Shown: positions 42,924 through 52,717 of the stretch, in pieces | Position numbering within the stretch: the first letter of the stretch is position 1 | Layout of the letters: the number at the start of each line of letters is the position of its first letter | Assembly: GCA_963735595.1 (NCBI GenBank) | Contig: CAVTLK010000005.1 | Span: 160,001 to 224,000 of the forward strand | Direction: 5' to 3' | DNA: 64,000 nt | From: an uncultured delta proteobacterium | GTDB lineage: Bacteria; Desulfobacterota; Zymogenia; Zymogenales; Zymogenaceae | Program-made: the position numbers and the translations under genes | The notes under the pieces: generated by a model | The model's database searches: none | Seen by the model: the letters and a program-made list of their open reading frames with translations, nothing else | What the model was told of the DNA's origin: nothing

Positions 42924-43533
42924 TTACTTTATATCGTATATATAGGCGGCAAAGAGGTGTGCCGCCTCCGCAAATACCGCATCCTCGTCGATCTGTTGCC
43001 GACCGAGAGCAATCTTGTGAATTATTCCCTCGCTGGCATGAAAGACAACGAAAGCCGCGGCCGTTGCGCGCTTCTTTTCAATCCCCGTCTGTATTAAGAC
43101 CCCCTCGATAAAGGCCGTAATTTGTGTGCCGACTCCATCTAGACGCTGTTTCACCTCATCATCCTCGAGAGACATCTTTAGTACCTCATTGAGGAAAGGC
43201 GCATCTGCGCGATGAACGGCCACATGCAGATTGATGATCTTCAGAAAGAATGAGGTGATATCGGCCTTCTCAACCGGTGCAAAAGCCCCTATCCCTTCGA
43301 TAACGATGGTATTGCATTCTTTAACGTAGCGGTCCAGGCCGGCAAGGAAGAGGTTATGCTTGTCCGAGAAATAGGCGTAGAAAGCTACCGACGCTGACAG
43401 CTGCGGCATGGGCGATTTCATCGGCGGTTACGTTGTGGTAGCCCCGCTCTGAGATCAGGACTCTGCCCGCCTCGATGATCCGGCCCTTCGTCTTAATCCC
43501 CCGGGTTTGTACGGGGTCCCGCACCGCTTTCAA
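42924..43533 (-). CDS. TetR/AcrR transcriptional regulator (frameshifted)
   Basis: 'PVQTRG.KTKGRIIEAG..GYHNVTADEI' joined to 'FYAYFSDKHNLF'. Confidence 0.8.
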
Positions 43534-43786
43534 CTATGACTCCAATATACATATCACTAACTGCAACCCTGTTACGGTGTCGGCGGGAGGTTTTTCCACG
43601 ACTCCCGTCATCCTTTCCGAATAGGATACCATATTCTATCAATACGGAGAGTTTGCAGCAAGATAAATATGAGAATAATCTCACTTTTATCTTGACAATG
43701 TGAGATATACCTCATATTATTCCAGTATGAAGCGCGTCATTACCCGCCGAATGGCGACGAAGGTGTTGAGACAATCCGGGGGTTAT

Positions 43787-44590
43787 ATGAAAAGAAGGAA
43801 AGATAGTAGGAACGGCAAACCGTCAGAAGGTTTCCGGGTGTTCGCAATCCTGGCCGTGCTTGCGGCAGGAGCGTTGCTTTCGGCATGTACTAAGGCGCCG
43901 GCAGAGTACGCGGTAAAATCGGTGAAGGTCGGCTTCACGAATATATACTTCATCCCCTGTGAAGGGGGCCTGCTTCAGATTGACTGCGGGTATCCGGGTG
44001 ACTATGAAGAATATCTCAAAAAGGCCGCGGAAATAGGCATAGACCCCTCCGACGTGCGCTACCTGCTGCTCACCCACCACCATGACGACCATGCCGGGTT
44101 TGCGGCGGAGTTCGTTTCAAAACACGACGTGACCCTCATCGTTCACGAAAAGGCGCTGGGGCCGCTGGCGTCCGGCGCGTCGGTCGAGGATATGCGTCCG
44201 GTCAATGGGTGCGTTAAGGCGGTCTTTTCGGTCTTCTCGGGATTTCACGAGTTCGTGTTTCCCCCGTTCGTACCGCGGGAAACGGACTTTATATAGACGG
44301 GGATAACGGGGCTATCCTTAAGCGGATCGGCGTCAACGGCGTGATTATCTCCACCCCCGGCCATACCGACGACTCGATCTCGGTGGTGCTTGCCGACGGG
44401 AGCGCGTTTGTGGGGGACGTGGCGATGAATTTCTTCGGGATCTGCGGGATAGAGCATCGTCCGATCTATATCAAGGATATAGAGCAGGTCTATACAAGCT
44501 GGCGGCGCCTGCCGGGAGTTTGGAGCGCTAACGATCTATTCGTCCCACGGTGAGCCGTTTGACGCCTCGGGGCTGGTTCCGGTCCGATAA
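43787..44590 (+). CDS. MBL-fold metallo-hydrolase, probable lipoprotein (frameshifted)
   Basis: Lipobox LSAC; 'THHHDDH', 'TPGHT', 'GD', 'HG'. Confidence 0.85.
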
Positions 44591-44602
44591 GAGGGCGGCG
44601 GC

Positions 44603-45130
44603 TTAGGCCGCCGCCGATTTCCCGGCCACGCGGGCGGCCTTCTTTGCCGCCATCTTCCGCAGAAACCTGATCCATGGCCCCCATGTGGCCGGCTTTTTTG
44701 GCCCGATGCCGAGCCGGGATTCCGCGCGGTCCAGCGCGTCCTCCAGCAGGGCGTTATGCATCGGCCGGATCATGCAATACCAGGTGAGCCACGTCTTTGG
44801 ATCGGCCGCCGCGTCTATCGTATGGCGGAGGATCACGTGGGAGCGCCGCGGGATGACCTCAAAGACGTGCCTCCCGTCCCAGCGTGCCGTTAATCCCGTC
44901 CCGTCAAACCGAAACTCCGCGATCCTCCCCGGTAGGTAAGCGGATACGGAGTACCGAATCGGGCCGTGGCCGCCCCGCGCCCCGACCCCGAGCGGTGCGT
45001 CAAACTGCATGGGAGGCCACTGGCCGCCCGGCCACAGCCGGTCGTCTTTGCTTGAAAGCGTATTCAGTATTGCCCCAACGTTCTCGGGCGGCGCTTCGAG
45101 GCGCCGCTCATGCACGTTCCAGATCTTCAT
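44603..45130 (-). CDS. SRPBCC-like hypothetical protein
   Basis: 'NVHER', 'LWP..WPPM', 'GGHGPIRY', 'HNALLEDALD'. Confidence 0.7.
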   Translation of the reverse strand: MKIWNVHERRLEAPPENVGAILNTLSSKDDRLWPGGQWPPMQFDAPLGVGARGGHGPIRYSVSAYLPGRIAEFRFDGTGLTARWDGRHVFEVIPRRSHVILRHTIDAAADPKTWLTWYCMIRPMHNALLEDALDRAESRLGIGPKKPATWGPWIRFLRKMAAKKAARVAGKSAAA

Positions 45131-45708
45131 CACTACCTCCCATAACGGAACGATACGTTGTCTCAATAAGCCGGTCGACGATGGCCGGCGGCTGTTGCCC
45201 CCGGTCGAGGTGACGCCGCGTGGCCGCGTAGGGGACGTCGATCAGGGCGAAGGCGGCGGTGGAAAGCGCCTCCTCCGTGACACTCCCGAATCGCTCCTTA
45301 ACAAAGGCGCGGACGCCCTCGCTCAGCTCCCGCGGCAGCGCCGCTACCCGTCCCCTCAGCTCTTCGGGCCACTGTCCCGCGATCAGCTCCTCCCTCCTGA
45401 AGAGGAGCAGGACCCGCCCCTCGTTGAAATGTCCTCTGACCCAGCGCGGCGTATAGAGCGCGGCCGCAAGGCCGTCCGCCGCTCGCCAGGGTCTCGAGGA
45501 ATCCGTCCTGAAAGGATTCGACGACGTCAAGCCAGAGCAGCGCCAGGATCAGGTCCCGCGACGGGAAACGGTGGTAGATCGAGCCGATCGGTGCGCCGGT
45601 CTGACGCGAGATCGCGGACATGGTCACACCTTCCGGTCCGCGCTCGGCCAGGAGTTCGAGGGCGGCCGTCAGGATCCGGTCGCTGCTGAATCGTGCGTTT
45701 CTTCCCAT
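45108..45708 (-). CDS. TetR/AcrR regulator (frameshifted)
   Basis: N-terminal HTH 'ILTAALELLAERG..VTMSAI..GSIYHRFPSR'. Confidence 0.85.
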
Positions 45709-45719
45709 AATGCCGTCGT

Positions 45720-45748
45720 ATAATAGAATATATATTCTAATATGTCAA
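45720..45748 (-). promoter_or_regulatory. Sigma-70 promoter containing a 16-bp palindromic operator
   Basis: TTGACA-17-TATTAT overlapping the perfect palindrome TAGAATATATATTCTA (45724-45739); probable TetR autoregulation. Confidence 0.75.
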
Positions 45749-46003
45749 CTCTTTTCGAGCGTATCGAACCCTGTTTCTTTATCATATTCCGGCTCCATTC
45801 GACGGGCCCGGGGGATTGAGCGGAGGTCGCCGAACGGAAAGCGGAAATCACCGGGGTTACTACTTTTCATTTGACGTATCAGTATTGTGACTATAGACTA
45901 ATAGATATCCCGAACTAGTCAACTTCACTGATCTGTCTTCTCGCTTTTTTCAGCCACGCTGTTCCGGTTGCTGCCGATAGACCATAAGACAGGAGATACT
46001 TCT

Positions 46004-47779
46004 ATGACTCCAACCGTGACACGCCGAACCTTTGTCGGGCTGGCGATCTCCTCGGCCTGCCTTGTCACCTCACGGCCGACCGAGGCGCCCGCCGCGCTGT
46101 TCACACCGGATTTTATTAATGAGGACAAGCGGCGAATTCTCGATTACGTCTTTGCGCTCATCGACAGCCGTTTCGACGGGGCGGCCGATGTCACCGCGCC
46201 CGTCCTCTCCCATCGTTTTTCCCTCAACGAATTCGAAATGGTATGGGTGGCCTTCCTGAAGAACAGGAAGGTCATCGCGTGTAAGGGGAGGGTTATTGCC
46301 CAGCCGACGACCCAGGCGTCGTTTCTGGACGCCGTAAGGATCTCGACCAACAGGAGCCTTGATGATACGCGGTTCATCGACGATATCACGAAGAGCGATG
46401 TGCAGGACCTCGAGCTTGTGGTGCATATCAACCGGGACATCGTTACGCTGAGGAAGACGGACCTCGCTTACCTCAAGGAAAAGATAGAGCTTGGCGTCCA
46501 CGCCTTTAAGGTCCAACTCGGCAAGTACGGCGCCTGGTACCTCGAAAACGTCCCGATCACCTCCAACCTGGACCTGAAGGCATCACTCAGGAGGCTGTCA
46601 AAGAAGGCGAAGCTCCCATCGGACGCCTATACGGATCCCGACGCACAGATCTTAATGTCCGATATGTACACGTTCAAGGGCAAACGCGCCGGCACCGGTG
46701 ACGACCTTTTCCGCTATTCGATCCTGGTCAGGGACGAAGACATATCCAACGGTTTGATCGAGAAACGGCTGGCGCTCGCCCGCGACTGGTACCTGAACAA
46801 CGTCAACCCGACAACCAAACGGGTCAGCTATCTCTATTACCCCGTCACTAATAGCTACTCGAAAGACAATAACGAGGTGAGGAACCTCGCGGTTCTCTAC
46901 ATCCTGCCCGAGCTCGCCCATTTCCTTGGCGACAGGTCCCTGGATAATCTGGTCGAAACTACGACGGACTATTACCTCACGAAGGTCAAACGGACCGGGA
47001 GGTATTCTTATATCGACATCGACGGCAGCACGAAGATAGCTTTTAACGCCTTTATGATCCTCTCACTTATCAGGCAGCCCGACTATCCCGGGTCGCTGGA
47101 GAAGGCGGCCGAACTGGCGGAGGGGATACTGTCTCTTCAGCAGCCGGACGGTTCGTTTAACACGTCCTTTGGCGGGGAGACCACCGGCATTGACTACTAT
47201 CCCGGGGAGGCGATGCTCTCGCTCATGCGGCTTTTCCAGGTAACCGGCGACACGCGTCTCGCCGACGCGGTCGCGCGGGCGTTCCCCTACTACCGGGACT
47301 ACTGGAGGGGCAACAAGAACACGGCGTTTGTGCCGTGGCACTCACAGGTTTACTACCTCCTTGCCGAGCATAACCCAGACCCCGAGATGGAGGCGTTCAT
47401 CTACGAGATGAATGACTGGCTCATAAACACTTATCAGATCTTCAGAGACGACTATCCCGATAAGATCGGCGGTTTCAAGAAGGACGATCCCCGCAACTCC
47501 ACCTCGAGCTACATGGAGGGTATCAACGATGCCTACCGGACGGCCCTGCTGTTCGGTAACCGGCGGCACATCGAGAAATACCGTGACTCGCTACGGGCCG
47601 GAATACGTTTTGTCCTGCAAACGCAGTTCACGCCTGAGAACGCCTTCTGGGTAAAGAATCCCACGCGGGCAATCGGCGGCTTCAAGGAATCGCTTAAAAA
47701 AGTAAGCCAGCGAAACGACTATACGCAGCACGCGACAAGCGCGCTCATTAAGGCGCATGGGAATAAGATATTTGACTGA
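46004..47779 (+). CDS. Tat-type exported protein: AMMECR1-like domain plus alpha/alpha-barrel domain
   Basis: 'TRRTFVG' signal; 'SLDDTRF', 'IELGVH', 'YLENVPIT..L..LSKKAKL' AMMECR1-like; 'LSLQQPDGSF', 'YYPGEAMLSL', 'RNDYTQHA'. Confidence 0.7.
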   Translation: MTPTVTRRTFVGLAISSACLVTSRPTEAPAALFTPDFINEDKRRILDYVFALIDSRFDGAADVTAPVLSHRFSLNEFEMVWVAFLKNRKVIACKGRVIAQPTTQASFLDAVRISTNRSLDDTRFIDDITKSDVQDLELVVHINRDIVTLRKTDLAYLKEKIELGVHAFKVQLGKYGAWYLENVPITSNLDLKASLRRLSKKAKLPSDAYTDPDAQILMSDMYTFKGKRAGTGDDLFRYSILVRDEDISNGLIEKRLALARDWYLNNVNPTTKRVSYLYYPVTNSYSKDNNEVRNLAVLYILPELAHFLGDRSLDNLVETTTDYYLTKVKRTGRYSYIDIDGSTKIAFNAFMILSLIRQPDYPGSLEKAAELAEGILSLQQPDGSFNTSFGGETTGIDYYPGEAMLSLMRLFQVTGDTRLADAVARAFPYYRDYWRGNKNTAFVPWHSQVYYLLAEHNPDPEMEAFIYEMNDWLINTYQIFRDDYPDKIGGFKKDDPRNSTSSYMEGINDAYRTALLFGNRRHIEKYRDSLRAGIRFVLQTQFTPENAFWVKNPTRAIGGFKESLKKVSQRNDYTQHATSALIKAHGNKIFD

Positions 47780-47835
47780 GTGCCCGGCCGGATACAGCGG
47801 GAGCGGTCTTAGCCGCTTACCGACTGCGAGTCACT

Positions 47836-48039
47836 ATGGATATCCTAACGATTCTCAAGAAGCCCTTCATTATTCCCTCCCTGCTTGCAGGGCTCATCGT
47901 GGCGTTTCGGATCGCTATACTCTTTGTCCAGTACGTACAAAAAAAGATACGGCATCGCAGACAGGAACAGGCGCGGGCGAGAGCCCGGGCGTTAAAGGGG
48001 AAGAGTGATCAACCTCCGATCTCGCCCGATAAGTCGTGA
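47836..48039 (+). CDS. Small membrane protein
   Basis: One TM followed by a basic tail; co-oriented. Confidence 0.5.
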   Translation: MDILTILKKPFIIPSLLAGLIVAFRIAILFVQYVQKKIRHRRQEQARARARALKGKSDQPPISPDKS

Positions 48040-48302
48040 AATCCATTATCTCACTTGCATACCGATCGGGAACCCATGATAGATGAACTCGTCGGTGATG
48101 GGGGCCCGAAATCGTCCCAATTCACCCCTGTAACCGTTATTGTCTCTTCGGTCACCTGATCCGGGGCCGATTTTACGTAAGGAAAATCTAATAAAGTAGA
48201 AGTTGAGCGTGAATCCTTTGGGATGAACCGCCATCTATAATACTACCTAAACGATAGTACTACTAATGTAGTAGTAAAACCAATAAAGGAAGGAGAAAGG
48301 CC

Positions 48303-49415
<1,113 letters not shown>

Positions 49416-49480
49416 ACCAGGGGTCTAAGTCACGAGTATACGAGGTAATATGAGTAAGATCGATGTGAATAGAAGAAAGT

Positions 49481-49511
49481 AAAAGGCCCTCGGAAGTGAG
49501 GGCCTTTTCTT
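49481..49511. terminator. Bidirectional terminator
   Basis: AAAAGGCCCTC / GAGGGCCTTTT hairpin. Confidence 0.8.
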
Positions 49512-49567
49512 ATGGACAGGAGTTCGGATTGATCGCGGCGGGACTGCCGTCGAACGACATGCCGTCC

Positions 49568-50275
49568 CTAATTCAGCATCGCATCATACACCTTCCTGAA
49601 TGAGTCGGGAGACATCACGAAGTACTGGTAGAGCTTTCCGTTCATCTTTTCGGCGATGTACCGCGCCATATCGGTCTGTGTGTCAAACCCCTTGCTGACC
49701 CCGACCGTGAGCCCCTTGAATCGGTAGCCGTGGATGTAATGCCACCGGCCGGTCGCTGCGTCCCGGTATACCGCGACGGCGTGAATCAGCAGCCCGCCCG
49801 AAGTCCTGGCCTCCACCGAGATGATGCCGGCCTCGTAACCGTGGTAAATGAGCGCATCGACGATAAGAGCGGCGTAGTCCTCACAGTCGCCCGACATGCC
49901 CTTGATCGTTTCCTCGGGAGACTGGGTATGGTTCATGGTGCCCGGCCTTTCTCCCCTGTACGAAATGCGGCAGGAGCCGAGGTACTGCTCGATCAGCTCG
50001 GGCGTCGTGAGCCCGGCGCGTATGTCGTTCCAGGCCGGATTTGCGGACAGCGAAATCGGGGAAGGGTTTGTTCCGGCGATCGGGCCCGCGGACGGCGTAG
50101 ACGGCAAAACCTCCGCATGAGCGATCGAGCCCGGCGTCAGGATCAGCACTAAAACGAAAAAAAGTGCGGGCCTCCCGCCGCGCCGTACAACGCTTCGGGC
50201 CGGCCCGCCATGGAGAGAAAAGACTCGCACTATATGTGAAATTATGGATTCTTTACGTTCTGTCATGTTGCCCAT
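49568..50275 (-). CDS. Exported transglutaminase-like cysteine protease-fold protein
   Basis: Hydrophobic segment ending AHA; 'QSPEET..GDCEDYA' and 'HAVAVY'. Confidence 0.75.
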   Translation of the reverse strand: MGNMTERKESIISHIVRVFSLHGGPARSVVRRGGRPALFFVLVLILTPGSIAHAEVLPSTPSAGPIAGTNPSPISLSANPAWNDIRAGLTTPELIEQYLGSCRISYRGERPGTMNHTQSPEETIKGMSGDCEDYAALIVDALIYHGYEAGIISVEARTSGGLLIHAVAVYRDAATGRWHYIHGYRFKGLTVGVSKGFDTQTDMARYIAEKMNGKLYQYFVMSPDSFRKVYDAMLN

Positions 50276-50317
50276 CGGTTCTTTTCTTGAGACTATCCAA
50301 GTACCCGGAATAAGGTT

Positions 50318-50334
50318 TGCAAACGATGTGCCAG
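50318..50334 (-). promoter_or_regulatory. Sigma-54 (-24/-12) promoter
   Basis: CTGGCAC-ATCGT-TTGCA, consensus with correct spacing; IHF-like TATCAGTATGTTA at 50356-50368. Confidence 0.75.
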
Positions 50335-50839
50335 AATACGCCGGCGAGGGCACGCTAACATACTGATATTATTAACACTATCTGACGGCTTTTTCGAGGT
50401 ATTTCGGGGATTGCCGGCATGAAGAAAGGCCGAATCCCAAAAGTATCAATAAATACTGATAGTTATAATACGGGAAGTCTCCCGGATCGGTGCAGACAAA
50501 CTTTGCGGTGACGAACATTTTTGCACACTACCTTTTTCACATACGTCAGCGGCGCTATTCGAAGAAGAGGCGGGCGCCGCTTTGGAGCAACGGAGGATCT
50601 CACACCTATCATTCACCTCATGCGATACAAAACAGGGGTAATCGATGGCCGATGAATTCCGTGCGCCGCCGCGGTACGGCCCTGCTCCTCCGCGGTGCCG
50701 ATGGCGAGGGGGCCGGCACGCCGACGATTTTCGGACAGTGAAACGGCGGTTTTTAAGGTACAATAGAGCCGCCGGCTGACCGCGGGGTCTTTCTTCCGCG
50801 GCGCTGCAATAAAGCGGATAGCCGACCGTCTTACAGGGT

Positions 50840-51406
50840 ATGGAGGCGAGTTTGACCAGACAGCATCTCATCAATTTCTGGACGGCGGAACGGGACCGAC
50901 TGGTCCGGTACGTCAGGGGCCTTATCACTGACGCCGCCGACAGGGACGGGGAAGACGTGGTCCAGGACGTCCTGGAAAACATCCTCCGGCAGCTTGACGT
51001 CAACCGGCCAATCGAGGACCTTGAGGCCTATGTATATCGCGCCCTGAGAAACAGGGTTATCGACCTGTTCAGGAAGAGACGGGATATGACCTCAATTGAC
51101 GCCGCGTTGGATGATGATGCCGAGCTTTCTCTCTCGTCGCTCCTGTCGGATACGTCGGCAAGCGCGTTTGACGAAACGTACAGCTTGGAGGTCCGATATC
51201 GAATAATCGAGGCCGTCGAGGCGCTCAGGGACGACGAAAAGGCGGTCGTTATCGAGACGGAATTGAACGAGCGGACCTTTAAGGAACTGGCAGAAGAGTG
51301 GGGGGTTCCCCTGGGGACACTCCTGTCGCGAAAGAGCCGGGCGCTGGCCAAGATCGCCGACGCCCTGGCCGATCTCGAAGAAGAATTGGAGGTTGATAAT
51401 GTGTAA
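50840..51406 (+). CDS. ECF sigma-70 factor
   Basis: Region 2 'EDVVQDV..YVYRALRNRVIDLFRK'; region 4 'TFKELAEEWGVPLGTLLSRKSRA'. Confidence 0.9.
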   Translation: MEASLTRQHLINFWTAERDRLVRYVRGLITDAADRDGEDVVQDVLENILRQLDVNRPIEDLEAYVYRALRNRVIDLFRKRRDMTSIDAALDDDAELSLSSLLSDTSASAFDETYSLEVRYRIIEAVEALRDDEKAVVIETELNERTFKELAEEWGVPLGTLLSRKSRALAKIADALADLEEELEVDNV

Positions 51407-51899
51407 CACAAATCAGGAAAAGAAGCGGCGATTCGGATTCGGTGGAATTGCCGCGCCGATGCGGTTTTGTCGGAATGATGATCGTCAGGCTCTTTTTTGT
51501 CGTCGTTTTCGCCCTGGTCCTGGCGGTCGTTGTCATGTGGCTGTGGAACTGGCTCATGCCGGGGTTCTTGGCGCGGCCGCGATTACCTATTGGCAGGCCT
51601 TCGGGCTGATGATACTGGCCAGGCTCGTTCTGGGCACGCTCGGGATGGGATGGAAGAGACCCCACTGGCACGCCGCAAATACGGTGGGAGATCGTTTTGA
51701 GCATTACCGGAACATGTGCGGCGATATGGGCAGACAGATTGGGAGCCGGCAGACGGGTGTCGACAACACGATGAAGTGGTGGCACAACTACAAACGGTTC
51801 TGGCACGACGAGGGAAAGGCGGCCTTCGACGCATATATGAAACGGGCCAGGAGGGAGAGCCGAAGGGCAAGACGGACAAGAAATAACGACGGCCCATGA
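51399..51899 (+). CDS. ECF-associated membrane protein (frameshifted)
   Basis: Overlaps the sigma stop; 'VMWLWNWLMP..ITYWQAFGLMILARL' across frames. Confidence 0.65.
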   Translation: MCNTNQEKKRRFGFGGIAAPMRFCRNDDRQALFCRRFRPGPGGRCHVAVELAHAGVLGAAAITYWQAFGLMILARLVLGTLGMGWKRPHWHAANTVGDRFEHYRNMCGDMGRQIGSRQTGVDNTMKWWHNYKRFWHDEGKAAFDAYMKRARRESRRARRTRNNDGP

Positions 51900-51929
51900 G
51901 GCCGCCGTTACGGACGGATTCGATACGAA

Positions 51930-51960
51930 GGGGGACGCTGGCGTCCCCCCTATTTTTTTT
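51930..51960 (+). terminator. Intrinsic terminator
   Basis: GGGGGACG / CGTCCCCC hairpin plus T8. Confidence 0.7.
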
Positions 51961-52638
51961 CCCTTTTCTTTTGTGCCTCGGCCACCTCGTAGCTCCGCAT
52001 CGATTCCACCATTTCCCGGGTCGCGGCGGGAAGCTCGGTAACGGGCTTTCCCGTGGCCAGCGAAAGGGAGTAGATATGGGCGACCTTTTCGAGGAGCTCG
52101 GCTGCGAGCATCGCCTTGTCGAGGGTCTTTCCGAGGGCGATGATACCGTGGTTCTGGATGATGTAGGCGTTGGCGTTGTTGGATAACTTGGACGCAACGT
52201 TATTAACAAGGTCAACGCTCCCCGAGAGGCCGTACGGCACTACCTCGACCGCGGGTCCGAGGGTAAAGGAGACCTCGTCGAAGAGTGCGGGAATCGGGTG
52301 ATTGATCAGGGCAAAGACGCTGGCGAAGATCTGATGGGTATGAACGACGGCGTTGACATCGGGTCGGTATCGGTATATGACCGCGTGCATCCCCGCCTCG
52401 ACCGACGGGCGCCCGCTTCGCCTCGACAACGGCGCCGTTAAGATCGACAACGCAGATATCTTCAGGCAAAAGCTCATGATACTTTAACCGATGACGGCGT
52501 TACCGCCATAAGGGAATCGCCCCCGATACGGACCGATACGTTGCCGCCGGTTCCCCTGGTCGAACCGAAGAATCCGTGTTCGCAGAGCCAGAGGCTCGCC
52601 TCGAGCACCGCCTTTCTGTCGCTTTCGTAGTTTCCCAT
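51950..52638 (-). CDS. Class II aldolase/adducin-family protein (frameshifted)
   Basis: 'GTGGNVS', 'PSVEAGMH', 'VVHTH', 'QNHG'. Confidence 0.88.
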
Positions 52639-52717
52639 GTGCTGTTATTATCTCCTTGTCACGCAGGTTCGAGTCAGGCGAAATACCGGGTAACCGGCGC
52701 CAAACCTGCCGTTATGT

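Noticed and set aside
44294..44296. In-frame TAG in the MBL hydrolase as possible pyrrolysine or read-through
   Set aside because: Homology continues in a different frame, so this is an indel rather than recoding
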